Assembly: GCF_021028975.2 (NCBI RefSeq)
Contig: NC_059433.1
Span: forward strand, 80,600,001 to 80,664,000
Direction: 5' to 3'
Origin: Sphaerodactylus townsendi
Lineage: Eukaryota
DNA length: 64,000 nt
Shown here: piece after piece, positions 12,936-25,830 of the stretch
Numbering within the stretch: position 1 is the stretch's first letter
Layout: the number at the start of each line of letters is the position of its first letter
Made by a program: the position numbers and the translations under genes
The notes under the pieces: model-generated
The model's input: only the letters and a program-made list of their open reading frames with translations
Databases searched by the model: none
What the model was told of the DNA's origin: nothing

Positions 12936-13258
12936 AGAAGAGTTTGAAGAAGAGTTTGGATTTATACCCCCCCCCCTTTCTCTCCTGCAGGAGACTCAAA
13001 GGGGTTTACAATCTTCTTGCCCTTCCCCCCTCACAACAAACACCCTGTGAGGTAGGTGGGGCTGAGAGAGCTCTGAAAAGCTGTGACTAGCCCAAGGTCA
13101 CCCAGCTGGCATGTGTGGGAGTGCACAGGCTAATCTGAATTCCCCAGATAAGCCTCCACAACTCAAGCGGCAGAGCTGGGAATCAAACCTGGTTCCTCCA
13201 GATCAGAATGCACCTGCTCTTAGCCACTGCTCTTAGCCACTACACCACTGCTGCTCCT
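12936..13258 (-). mobile_element. Squam3-type tRNA-derived SINE
   Basis: Reverse complement of the 48305 copy; A/B-box-like head and ...aaatccaaactcttcttc tail. Confidence 0.85.
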
Positions 13259-13314
13259 GATATCTGCACCTGAATTCGTATTCTAATGCACATTTTGTCT
13301 TTTTCCCCTTCTCA

Positions 13315-13455
13315 GGCCCCTTCCACCCATGCAGAATAATCAACTTTCAAGCCACTTTCAATGCACTTTGCAGCTGTGCAGAATAGCAAAATCCACTTGC
13401 AAACAATTGTGAAAGTGGATTGAATGGGCATTATTCTGCATGTGCAGAAGGGGCC
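13315..13455. mobile_element. Harbinger-type MITE
   Basis: ggccccttcc...gaaggggcc TIRs; TSD TCA. Confidence 0.85.
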
Positions 13456-14458
13456 TCAGTCTGGCTAGCATAAGCAAAGTGCAAAGTGTTGCAAAGTGTT
13501 CTTCTGTCTCTCTTCACAGATAAATTAACAAAGCTCAGTTTCAGTTTGGGGGGTAATTGCCCACACTGTAGCATGCACAAAAAAATAAACCTTGTGAGTA
13601 CATGTAGTATCAGCTACTAGAAAAAAGCCTTGGTAGTATCAGCTTCTAGAAAAAAGCTTAGAAGTTTTAGGAGCTTCTAGAAAAAAGAATCAACAGGGGC
13701 TGTCCTGTCCCAAAGGGGAAAATGGCTATTCAGCTGGGGCTACAGGAGTGCTGCTGCATCACCCAACCATTTTTTTTAGGATGAGAGATGGAAGGTTGTT
13801 GGGAATAACAGCAGGAAATAGTTCAGTTCTGCCTTCAGGGGAGGGCAGTGATTGTTTTGGGGTCTGCCTCAGCAGAAGAGCAGATAGTTTGAAGGGTAGC
13901 TCTGACTGGTAGCGTCACACAGTGGTTTAAGTCAGTACCTCTAGGAGAGGACAAAATACCTGATTGTTGGGATTGTCTCTGGTAATGAGCAGACCTTGCA
14001 GCATTTAGTCTGACTCTTGGGAAAGACCAGGCTGGTGTGGGTGGAATCCTGTGTGAGTGAGAGGATCCAATCGATTGACTTGTCAGTGAAAGTTTGTTTG
14101 TGTATGTAACCGTTAAAGGGAATCCAAACCACAGCCTGAAGCCATAGCCAGCTTAAACTTCCGTGGTTTCTCCAGGATTTTCCTTTGGCTGTTTGGGAAT
14201 GTGTGCTGCTGATTTGTTCTTTAAAATCACCCTGAAAATAAAGAAATCTTCGTTCTTTACATATGACTCTGACCTCAGCAATATCTAGGTTCTACTTGAT
14301 CACCATGGGACTTAACTCACAACAGTGAACCCAAAGCCTTAGACTTACTACCTTAAGAACATCTTGTAAGTGAGGGGAAAATTTCAGACTACTTCTCTGA
14401 GAGGGCCAAAAATTTTTACACAGATTTCTAGATCGCGGAAAATGCGGCACTCCTAACC

Positions 14459-14804
14459 TAAGGTGACCAGACGTCCCGCTTTTGGCGGGACAGTCCCACC
14501 TTAAACCAATCTGTCCCGTGTCCCGCAGGGGTTTTTAATTGTCCCGATTTTGCCTTCTGGGGCGCTCCCCTTTTCCCACCCTGCCACAGGGCGGGAAACA
14601 GGGGAGCGCCCCAGAAGGCAGTGTGGCAGCCTCCCGCGCACGCGTCCGCAGGAGCACACTGCCTTTTGGCGCGCTCCCCGGTTTCCTGCCCTGTCACAGG
14701 GCAGGAAACAGGGGAGCACCCAAAAAGGCAGTGCGCTCCTGCGCATGCACGTGCACCCACCCCCCCCCATCCCAGTTTTAAAATGTGACAATCTGGTCAT
14801 GTTA
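14459..14804. mobile_element. hAT-type MITE with two tandem internal GC hairpins
   Basis: taaggtgaccaga / tctggtcatgtta TIRs; 8-bp TSD tcctaacc/ccctaacc. Confidence 0.8.
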
Positions 14805-15642
14805 CCCTAACCCCTGTAATGTGGAAGGGATAACTGCAGTTTTGTTATAGGAATAAACTTCTACCATATTTCAACCATTTGCAGACAAGATGGATTCTTT
14901 GAAGCTTGCAGAATTTCTCTTTATCCCCTTTCTTCCTTAATAATTTTAAAGTAGAGCTGTGTTGATACGTTTCTTCACTTGTATTCTGAAGTGAAGAGAC
15001 AACATGCATCCTTCTCATGTCCTTGAAATCTGAAGTACTGTAAAATCTGGAGTAGTTGGAGGCCACATTTTTAGTTGCCCGACAGGCAAGGTACAGCTCT
15101 TACGTGAATTAGAAATAGTTTCAAGTTATGAGAATATTTTTTTAAAAAAAAATTGAACTCAGATTCTTATCAGTTTGAAGCTTATCCATACCCGGCTACG
15201 TAACTGCATCTGATGAAGAGATCAAATGAACGGCAGAGAGCAATCAGAAAAAAATGAAATATTTATAAGAATCAGATAGGAAAATAATGGGAAGGAAATT
15301 GTCTTGGAAATCAAGACAATTCCAGCTGAGAGCCAAACAATGCAGAGTAAATATGACACCGCCTTTGTTATATGAGACCACTCTGTGGGAGAGGAGGGGG
15401 AAGAGAACAAATGAGAATAAAGCCAGTGTATCTACAAAAGTGGCTGCATCTTCACATCATTAAATGCTTGTCCAGCATACAGTATATGAATCATTTGCAA
15501 CTGGATTGGCTTGGCCTGTCTATTTGCAAGGGATTGCTGTAGTGCAGTAAGAGCACAATAACCAATATCGAGCTTGTAGGTCTACAACAGAGAAACTTGT
15601 AGTGAGTCAATAAGTAAAAGTTGAGCAACGCACCAGGTTTAT

Positions 15643-15990
15643 TGAATCATAGGCTTGTGAGGGGCCATATAGGCCATTTAGTCCAACTCCCTGCTCAATT
15701 CAAGATCAACCTAAATCATCCCTAACAAGTGTGTCCACCAGCCACTGTTTGAAGACTGCCAGTGAGAGGGAGATCACCGCTTCCCTAGGCAGCTGATTTC
15801 ACTGCTGGACAATTTGTACTTTAAAAAAGAAAGTCTGATATCCAGCAGGTACCTTCCTGGCCATAATTTAAACCCATTATTGTGAATCCTCTAAATGACA
15901 GCCCTTCAAATACTTAAAGAAAGCAATCATACCTCCCCCCCCCACACACATACACACACAAACTTCTCTTCTCCAGGCTGAACATTCCCT
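15643..15990 (-). mobile_element. CR1 LINE 3' fragment
   Basis: gaatcatag..tagtccaactccctgct..ccctaggcagctgatttcactgc..cttcaaatacttaaag..ctccaggctgaaca, typical of an antisense CR1 3' end. Confidence 0.75.
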
Positions 15991-15994
15991 AACC

Positions 15995-16131
15995 CAGTGG
16001 TGGCGAACCTTTGGCACTCCAGATGTTATGGACTACAATTCCCATCAGCCCCTGCCAGCATGGCCAATTGGCAGGGCCTGATTGAAATTGTAGTCCATAA
16101 CATCTGGAGTGCCAAAGGTTCGCCACCACTG
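15995..16131. mobile_element. Palindromic hAT MITE
   Basis: Near-perfect hairpin cagtggtggcgaacc...ggttcgccaccactg; TSD ccctaacc/tcctaatc. Confidence 0.85.
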
Positions 16132-17986
16132 TCCTAATCCTTCATCTGTTGCATTATCATTCACTACAATTACAGGTTGTACCCTACATAATTACTGTAT
16201 TTACTCGAATACAAGGCTCGTCCCTCCTCCTCATCATGCCATCAAAAAGGGGGAAGGGGACATCTTACATTTGCATCCAAGTTATAGTAATATCCAGAAA
16301 TAAATGTTTTTCTGTTCACCTTGTTGTGTGTGTGTGCGGGGGGGGGGGGGGTTGTCTTCCATGCATGATGGTCTTCCTTTCAAGTAACTTGACCTCTTGC
16401 ATGTTTTACTCTGGACTTAATTTCAGTCAAACTTTTGTTTTAATACACATCCTTTTTTAATCTGAACCCAAGTGCAATACAATAACATGCTTTTTGCAAA
16501 CTTGGCCTGGCTTGGAAGGGACCTATTTTTGAAAGTATACCTAGTACACATTAAATTTATTACATTATGATGAAAGTGATCCCAGAGTAAAACTGCCAAG
16601 CTTGAATGCTACACCAAGGAAGTAGATTGACTTCTACGAAATGGGCATATACCAGGCAGCTTATCTGATGTTTGGACTTTTATGGACTCTTTCTAGAGTT
16701 CTGTTTCCTTACAGTTTACTTTCTTTCAGAGACCTGTTTGCTTATTGTGGATCTGCAGGTGATATTATGACTATGTCCACTGTATCTGCTTTTTGTTTCC
16801 ATTCTGCATGCTGACACACAGATTTATGTATTAAATGTACATGTGTTTATGCATTTATTCTTAATCATGTTTCTGAGTAGTCTAGGCATAGTTAATTTTT
16901 TGAGTTTCCCTTGCTTACACTTCACCTGCTTCCTGAACGTAATAGTTTATATGGAAGGATCATATTTTATATAACTGTGTACTCGCTGAGATGTGATTGG
17001 AAAATGTCCACTTCATATTTATCCTTAGTATGGCAGACTAATTTGATTGAAACAGATCAAAGTATCATTACTTTGACTTGTACAGTACAAATTCCAGTCA
17101 GATTGCTATATTTAATCCTTCCAGAATCCAAACAATGTGGTGTGCTTTAATGATATGCTACTGCTGATTCTACAGTGTACTAAAGGCCTTCAGACTGTTC
17201 TGTTTTCACTCAATAATAATATTGTGCAACTCAGCGCTAACATGAAGAAAATGGACTGGGCCTTAGGAATTTTTCATTTCTTTCCCACATTCCCCCTTCT
17301 CTTGCAGCCCCTGGTGATCTCTAAACAGCAGGTTCTGAGGATTCATGGACAAAGTGAATTGAAGGGCTGCATTGAGTAGGGGGAGTTTGGGCAAAATTAC
17401 TCCACCTATCTTTTCACAGAAGCAGTCCATAGAGTCCATACCCCTAACATTATTTCCCTTTAGAGTCACATATTCATTTCCCGAGAGTATTTTCAAAACC
17501 TGAAAAAAAAGGGAATCCAGCCTTTTTTTTTTCCACTCAAGAAGAGTAATATTCTGGGCAAAAAGATGCAAATGAAAGATGTGAACAGTAACTTAAAAAC
17601 ATAAGAATACTTTTGCACTGTAGGTATGAAAAGAAGCAAGATATCTACAACTGAAATGGTTCATATTTGTAAAAGATTAGAAGCTGATTTTAATTGTTTA
17701 CCAAATAGTAATTGAAGGGGGAGGGGCAATAAAATAGTACTTTGACTTCCCCTCACAAATGGCCATGTGAATTAACTACTAGGGACTGTTGTATTTTGCA
17801 TTATTACATACATCTTGCTCTTTAGAAGGGCTCTGGAGAATGCCTTAGAATGTTTTATGTACATATTTAGGAATCGATTAAAATATTGTGTTGACTTTCC
17901 AACAAAAAATGCTCACCATGATATTGGAATAAGATCTGGTTTATTACTTCTGAGTTGCTACCTCATCAAAAGCTTCTAGGTAGTTA

Positions 17987-18106
17987 TTTTGTATATCTTG
18001 TATATATTTTGTATATATCTTGTATATATCTTGTATATATCTTGTATATATTTTGTATATATCTTGTATATATCTTGTATATATCTTGTATATATTTTGT
18101 ATATAA
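17987..18106. repeat. 11-bp minisatellite (GTATATATYTT)n
   Basis: About 10 units directly visible. Confidence 0.95.
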
Positions 18107-19672
18107 CTTAGCTACTAAGTTTCCCACAGCTAGGGTTTCCTGGCAACCTCTGAAATAAAGTTTCCATAGAAGAAACAACTTTCCCTTCCTGAACTGCCTA
18201 TTTTTTTTCCCATGAGGAAAAGTGCATTGTTAAGGAGAGAGTTAGCTGTGTTTTGTGACAGTTGACTATCTTAGGTGAACTGACTGTGTTTTGAATTTTC
18301 CCCTCGCTAGATGGCAATGCTGGTTGCCAACCTCCTGGAAGGATAAATGTAAGCATGCCTAATTAGTGTTTAGTAAAACTAAAGGAATGTTTGCTATTTC
18401 CAATTCCCTCTAGTGTCACCCAATTACTGCTTCCAACTGTGCAGCCTTTGGGGACGGGGTAGCCAAGCCTTTGTCTCTGTTAACACAGCCACCAGCGGAG
18501 GAGGTAGGGGATGAAGGGGAAGATTAAAAATGCTGCCCGTTCAACCAAGGTAGAATTGTTACAGAAAACTGCCAACTCTCTCCCTGCACACACCTAATAT
18601 GAGATGGAACAAGAGAGAAGATGAGCAGCTGTCAAATCTGTTAACACTGTGACTAGCCATTATGGGAGGAGCTTGGAGAAATTTCAGAATGTTGCCACTT
18701 GACCTCTGATAGACACTTACCAGTACTGTCAGTGCCCCATTCCACACTGCTCCATACCAGAGAGAAGGGAGGGGAATGCTGGACACCTGTCAAAATTGAG
18801 GAGAATTTTGGTGCCCCCGATATCCTCCCACATTTTCTGCAGCTGTTTTGGCACTTGAACACGCATGCGTGTGTTGGGGGGTGCCTCATCCAGCCATTAT
18901 CCAGGCCTGATTGTGATGTCAGGTTTAGTTTGGCCCTCAGGTAAAAGACAATTTTGCATTGATTCAGAATCCAGAGGCAGCCTGGATGAACATGTTAATC
19001 ATACTGAAGTTGATCAGACTTCCATTATGTCAATGAGTAATGATTCAATGGTTTTAACCTCACCACTCTGCAAAGTTTGAAGGCTTCCTTCAAAGGCGGT
19101 GTTTTTTTTTTCCCCTGATGGCCACTTTCATTGGATGAAAGCTCTTCAGGCTGGAGGGAGATTTCATTGGACTGAGAAGAGTGGTATAGTACAGACCAAT
19201 ACTTTTTTATCCAGCTAGTTACAGAAGTAGACGGTTGGATCCAGATTAAACTGGCAATTTCCTCTGATTTTCTCCTCTCACAGCAGACATTCCTCACCCC
19301 TCCCTGTGTGGTTTCTCCATGACCCCTATGCTCCCGGAACAATATTGTGTAGAAATTAGGGGACTGCACTGGCACGGGCTGAAACAGTCTGATCCTATTG
19401 ATGGGAAATGTAGTCTGGATCCAACTCAGTGTGTTTCTAAGAAAAGATTTACATTGTTTAGCATTTGCCTATATATTCATAATGGGCATAAAGGCATAAA
19501 GCCATGGGTATCTTTCTGCAATAATACTGCTGTTCAACCATCGACCATTTCAGTGACCGCCCTTTTTATGGATCAGAAGAAATTGTGATGTATTGACATG
19601 TAAAAATAGTAGCACAAAAATGAGGTTAATTATAAGTCTGTTAAATGCATTGTAATGAAATGAGAAAAATAG

Positions 19673-19906
<234 letters not shown>

Positions 19907-20767
19907 TAGTCTAGTAGTGGATAGACTGTTGGATTCGGATTGGAAAGTTCCAAATTATTTCCTATTTATGAACATGGGAATCAAAACTATATACAACTGT
20001 GTGGGACTCCCTGTTTGCAGAGGTACTGTGTGTTTCAGGCCACATGTAATAATTTCTTATATCTATAACTGGCCACCTATGTGACTCAAACTGAGCAATC
20101 AATTAAGTGGGATTAGGTAATAGCTTTGCATACTCAAACCAGAAATCATTTTGCTTTAAAAAAAATGGTAAGTGTTGTATGTTAACACATACATAACTAT
20201 TATTAGAAGAAATGACAGTCAATCATGTAAAAATACCCCTCTAAAATCTGAAACATCACTTCTGTGTGAGGATGTAATTTCTGTAAAGCAGTTGTATCAA
20301 CTGTGATGCTTTACTTTTTAGATTAATTATAGGGACTAAACAAAACGTAAAATTTTGTAGAGTATTTCTATGCATGGAAGCATATGCATTCATGAAGTAC
20401 AGTTTCCTCAGTTCCCCCTTCCTGCAGTAGATTGAAATTCCCTTCCTCACAGAAACAATCCTGGGATAGAGGGCACCCCTAGGAACAGGTTATAGGGGAC
20501 ATTTAGGCTGCTATGCAAGGGAAGAGGTGAGAAAGTTATCCTTTGTAAATATATATCCTGCTTGCTGAAATAGTCCAAGGAGTCTAAACCATAATTTGCT
20601 TTTGTTGGTTTTCCTGCCAACATTTAATTGATTGTATTTCATTAAAATACTCCATAGGCTGTGCAAACCTTAGAGTTGCCCCCATCTAAATGCACTGAAG
20701 TCAGAAAGCAACTCTGCACTGAAAACTATACTAATATTGATTCATAAATGTGATGTATGTATAGAAA

Positions 20768-20970
20768 ACCAGTGTAGCATAGTTACTAGAGTGCTAGACT
20801 AGTATCCAGGAGATTCTTGTCCAAATCCTCATTCTGCCATGATGTGCACTGGGTGATCTTTGGCCAGTCACCCTCTCTCATCTAAACCTGATAAATGCTG
20901 CGAGGACAAAAGAAGCAAGGAGAACCATGCATGCTGCTCCAAGCTGCTTGGAAGGAAGATGGCATAAAAA
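20768..20970 (+). mobile_element. Old tRNA/CORE-type SINE remnant
   Basis: ccagtgtagcatagttactagagtg..aaatcctcattctgccatga..gggtgatctttggccagtcac. Confidence 0.55.
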
Positions 20971-21448
20971 CACAGGTTAAAGTAAGCATGTTTCAGCCAA
21001 AGTATGTGGAAGTAGGGAATAGAGCATGCTTAATGTTTCCAATTTAAATCAGTGGGATTTCAATATTAGATTGGGCTAATTTATCATATCTATAATCTTT
21101 GTATCAAGGTGATTCACACAATATGTTTTCTCCATTGTGATGGGGTGTGTGTGAAGGACCGTCAAGTTGCAGGCAATTTACAGCAATTCAGTATGGTTTT
21201 CAAAGAAAAAAAGACCAACAAGGATAGTTTACAATTGCCTTCCCCTGCTTAAGGATTCTGGTATTCCTTGCTGGTTTCCCATCCAAGTGTTAACCAGGAC
21301 CAGCTTATCGTCTCCAATCTGTCAAGAGCAGGCTAGTCTGGGCTACCCAGGGCAGTGTCCACCATAATTAGGAATTATTATAAATAGCTAAATGAATTCA
21401 AAAAAATGGGAAGATTTGTACCAAATTAGACCAACACTCTAGCTTTCT

Positions 21449-21919
21449 GGCCTTTTCCGCACGGCCGCGATCAGGGGGTGCATCGGCATGTACAATGCCG
21501 ACACACACCCCAGGACTTGCGTATCCCCCCGGGACAGTGCTGCGCTGTCGCCCGAACACCTTCCCTTCCCTCCGACCTTCTGGCACATCGCCCAGGCCAG
21601 GGGACATGCCCCCCTGCTCTGCACAACAGCTCTGGAGGGAAGATAAGGCACTCAGGAAAGGGGGGATGGCACCTTCGAGCCGCTGCCATTTCTACATGCC
21701 CAGCAGCGGTTGCAGAACTTCACTGTTTCCAAAATCACACTTGCCCACATGGGCAGGCTGAGGTTCAGAAACAGCGGCTTCAAGCCACTTTCGAGAGGTT
21801 CGCTTGAGGCCACCGCTTACGCTTCGCGATCGCTTGGTGGCGGTGGCTGTGCAAACCCCTCCCCAGGGATTGTTTTTTAGCGTCCCTGATCACTGTATTC
21901 CGCTCGTGCAGAAACAGCC
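21449..21919. mobile_element. Harbinger-type non-autonomous element (related to 58755)
   Basis: ggccttttccgcacg / cgtgcagaaacagcc TIRs; TSD TCT; shares an internal core with 58990-59040. Confidence 0.8.
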
Positions 21920-22683
21920 TCTGTTTCCAAAAGGAGCTACCTCAATTATTCTGGGAAATGTCTATAGAATGCACGAAAGCAGCATCCCCAATGTCCTTCC
22001 CCAGCATTTGCTACTCAGAGGTGTACTGTTTCCAAACTTGGAGTTATAGTACAAATTAATTGTTTAGAAATTTGCTACTGGAATACAGTGGCAATATCAG
22101 CAACAACTTTAACTTACTAACAAAAGAAGGTGTATACTTATTACATAGTTTGCCAGGAACAGTTATAGGAGCAGAGATGAGTTAATCTATAGAGATGAGT
22201 TAATTTATGGAGACCACCATAATGGCTTAGAGATGAATTAATCCATAGAGACGACCATAATAGTATTCTCTTATTTTGCATTTGCAATCCATTGAGGTTC
22301 TGAAGGACTTAAAACATCCTTTGAGCATCAACAATTTTCTTCCTTTCCATGGAAGAACCGTCACAGCTTAGAGAAGATATGTAATTATCATAGATTTAAA
22401 CCAATTTAATTTTGGGCTAAGAGCACAGTTCAGTGGACAGTAACATGAGAGTAAGACCCATTAAGGTTTATGGGATTTACTGCTGAGCTAAATCTGCAAA
22501 AAAATTACAGTGTAGATTCAAATAATGGTTTTTGTTCATATTTTGTCCAACTGTACTTTCTATATTTTTTTTCAGTGAATCTAGATATTTGGGTTGGCCC
22601 ACCTTAGTGATTTTCTTCTTTTAGGCCTATTCGTTGACTTTGGCTTCTGTATGGTTACAGCAGTCTTCTGCGTGTGACACACT

Positions 22684-23761
22684 GGTTCATTCTGCACAGC
22701 TGAAATAAGACATCCTGGGGACACAAAAATGGGTATCTTGGGAAGGCACCCTTAGGAGGCTTTATTTCTGCTCAAGATGTCTTTTGAAAAAAATGCTTCA
22801 AAGTGCACCTTTTTCCCATAAGCCGCCTGAAAGACATCTCCTGCCTGTCTGTGCGGAACACAGGGTTCAGGCGGTGTCTTATGTTTCCCACTGGATCATT
22901 TTGCTCTCTGGTCAGTTTCACCCTTAGCTTGTACCTTACAAACTGTGTGCAGCTGGAGGGATTCTTTCTTCCAACATTTTCTGAAGGTTGCCCCAGGACA
23001 TTTGCTCTGCAGGCTCTGATCCCGGGCAGCTTTTCAGCCCCAAAAGTACATAGTTGTACTCAGCTAGTCCTTCCAATTCTGGTAATATATAGCTTTCTTT
23101 AAAAAAAAAATTCAAGGAGCTATCTTTGTAGCTAAGCAGACAGACATAAGAGAATCTTAGCTGCTCAGAAGACAGGTTTACTGCCCAGTGAAAATCATTG
23201 GGTTGACCTGCCCTCCATGGACCAAGTTGATTTTTTTCTTACTACACTAAAATCAGTTGGTCTATGGAGGGCAGGTCAACCCAGTGCTGTTCAATGGGTG
23301 CAGACCCATCTTCCAAGTGGCTAAGATTATCATCTGTGTATCTATGAAGATAGCGTCTCGAAAATAAAATAACAAATAAGGAAACTATATATTGCCAGAA
23401 TCGGCAAGACCAGCCGAGTATAGCTGTATGCTTTTGGGATCGAAAAGGCACCAGGATGAGAGCCTGCAGAACAAATGTCCGGGGGATACCTTCAGCAAAT
23501 GGTGGCAGGTAGAATCCCTTTAGCTGTACACAAACAGTCAGGGACAAGCTGAGGGTGAAGCTGACCAGAGAGCATGATGGTCAGGAAGCAAATAGCCTCT
23601 TTCCCCCACTGATGCCTTTGCTGTCTGGAATGCACTCAGAAGCTGCCTCTTTTTAACACTTCCTCTGGATGTCTCATTTTGGGTGTACAGTGTAAAAAGA
23701 TGCAGTTACTTCTTTTTAAGACATCCCACAGATGTCTTTTTTGTGCTATGCAGAATGGACC
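22684..23761. mobile_element. Long foldback (Harbinger-like) element with ~330-bp inverted arms
   Basis: Ends ggttcattctgcacagc / gctatgcagaatggacc; inner arms ~22905-23232 and ~23248-23572 are reverse complements. Confidence 0.8.
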
Positions 23762-24202
23762 GCTATCGCCTGGATTGTGCAGGTTGAGTAGGGTAGAAGG
23801 TCTTGCCTGCTGATGAGCTGACTTCTCCACAGTGAGAATCTGAAAGACAAATTGCAAATAATCTTGTAATGTAAAGAGTTGTAGAGCCTAATTTCATACG
23901 ATGCCGCTACTGATTAAGAAGGTATAAATGTTGGAGTTGTTAATATTACTTTTGTGCATTGTTGGTAAGATCATAATGAAGCAACTTTGCTAAAGCTAAG
24001 CAAGTTGGGGTTTGTTTAGTGCCTGAGACATTTAGAAAATTCTGTGTATATGCAGGAAAGGAGGAGTAAAAATGAAATAAATAGGGCTTTGGTTTCTGTA
24101 CAGACAAATTATGAATTTCCTTAATACCAAATAGACCTGTAGGTTTACAGGTAGCTAATTCTGGCCAAATAACAGTGCCCTGGGGAAAAACACCATCCCT
24201 GG

Positions 24203-24687
24203 GGCACTGTTCACACAGCAGGCACTGCTTTATTGAAGCAGCGCTGGGCTGGACCCGCCCAAGCGGCGTGAAGACACCACTTCCAAACCATGCTCCCCAA
24301 GCAAGGTTTTCCAAAAGCGCTGTCTTTGTGCTGGCACGGTGCGAACCACACCGGCGTGAGGGCACTGCTTTTCACCCCTCCGGTGTGTGTGAGGGACTTA
24401 CCTTGCCTTCTGTGCAGCTCCGGGCGGCTGGAAAGACACACCCACGCTGCCCTCTGACCCCTGGGGGTTGGAGGCCAGCATGGGCATGTCTTTCTAGCCG
24501 CCCAGAGCCGCACAGAAGGCAAGGTAAGTCCCTCGCACACACGCTAGACTGCTGTGTGTGGAGCTGCCTTTGCGGGCAGTGGCAGCATCGGGACTGCCCG
24601 CACGGGATTGTGCGAACAGTCCTGATGCTCCACCAGCTTCATTTTAGCCGGTGGGACGCTGCTGCCTCTGGCCGTGCAGAAATGGCC
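24203..24687. mobile_element. Palindromic Harbinger-like MITE remnant
   Basis: Core hairpin 24385-24540; right end ccgtgcagaaatggcc matches the family TIR. Confidence 0.7.
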
Positions 24688-25734
24688 TCTGATTATCAGA
24701 TGCGGGGGGGGGGGGGGATTGGATGGTTTTTACCGTGATGGTCCCCTGATGGTCCCCTGAAGCTCTCTTATTGAAAAGATAGAATGCTGGGTGCAACTAA
24801 CCTTAGCTATGGTAAACCGGTATGTTATTATTAGTATCAATATATCTAATTCTTAGTATCAATATATCTAATTCTTAACATGGCCCCATCTGAAGGCTGA
24901 TGGTACAAAAAAGGTAAAATATATTTTTTTTATTACTCAAATAAAATTCCCTATCCATTTCACCAAGAGATTTATTCAGGGGAATCTGTTAGTCTTGCTG
25001 TGATTTTTTTCAGAGAAGAGTACAAGTTCAGTTGAAGATGGTGTGAGATTAGAGTTGCCAACTGCCGGCTAATGGTGGGCACCTGCCCACTAATTTGTTC
25101 TTCTGTCCACTGACACTCAGCTGCTCAGTGGGCAGAAGCAGGCCAGTAGAAGGAAGGGGGAGTGATCAGCCCTCCCCCCCGCCTGATTATGTCACTTCTG
25201 GTTTATGGGGAAGTATCAGGATTGTATCAGAGGGCACTCTAGCGCAAAAAAACCTGTTTGGAATCATAGAATTTCTTGGAGAGCTCTAGCGCATCCTCCA
25301 GCACAATGCTGGTACTTCCACATAAACTGGAAGTGATGTCATTGCACAGAAGATGCATATTGCTGTATCAAACCCACCTCCCTAAGCCTCCTACCAGTTG
25401 CGGGGGGGGGATCATGTGATCTAATGGGTGGTGCCCAGGTCAATTAAACCACCGTGTTCCTCTGGCAGATATGCCCCTGCTTTTAAACACTATATGAGAT
25501 CCAAAAACACATTGCTCAAAGTTAAACAGCATCACCTTCCAGGCAGGAAGTTTAGTTACTCTGTGGAACAAAAAAAATATGTAATTGTTTGGTCACCATG
25601 AAGGCTAACTGATGTATCATAGCAAAAAAAGCTTTTTTTGTGGCCTGCTTTGCAAATAGAATGAGAACAATATATATTTTAGAATGATCAGCAGAAAATT
25701 GTTTCTCAGATGAAATGTTTGTTTTCTTGAGTAG

Positions 25735-25830
25735 GAGAATCCCTTCCCTTGAGCTCAGGTAACCAGATTACCATTCGATTTACTTCAGTCGGACCTGTAA
25801 CAGCTAAAGGATTTCACTTTGTATATCAAG
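25735..25830 (+). CDS. CSMD3: CSMD3 exon (CUB end) GESLPLSSGNQITIRFTSVGPVTAKGFHFVYQ
   Basis: gagtag acceptor, caag|gtatga donor; 96 nt, phase 1-1. Not in the ORF track; read manually. Confidence 0.95.

Noticed and set aside
17955-18178. Repetitive YILYI/YKIY ORFs; CRISPR-like array
   Set aside because: Simple 11-bp minisatellite with no spacers, in vertebrate DNA.
22803-23547. Two similar ORFs on opposite strands (CVQLEGFFLP / CVQLKGFYLP)
   Set aside because: Mirror translations of the foldback arms, not paralogous genes.
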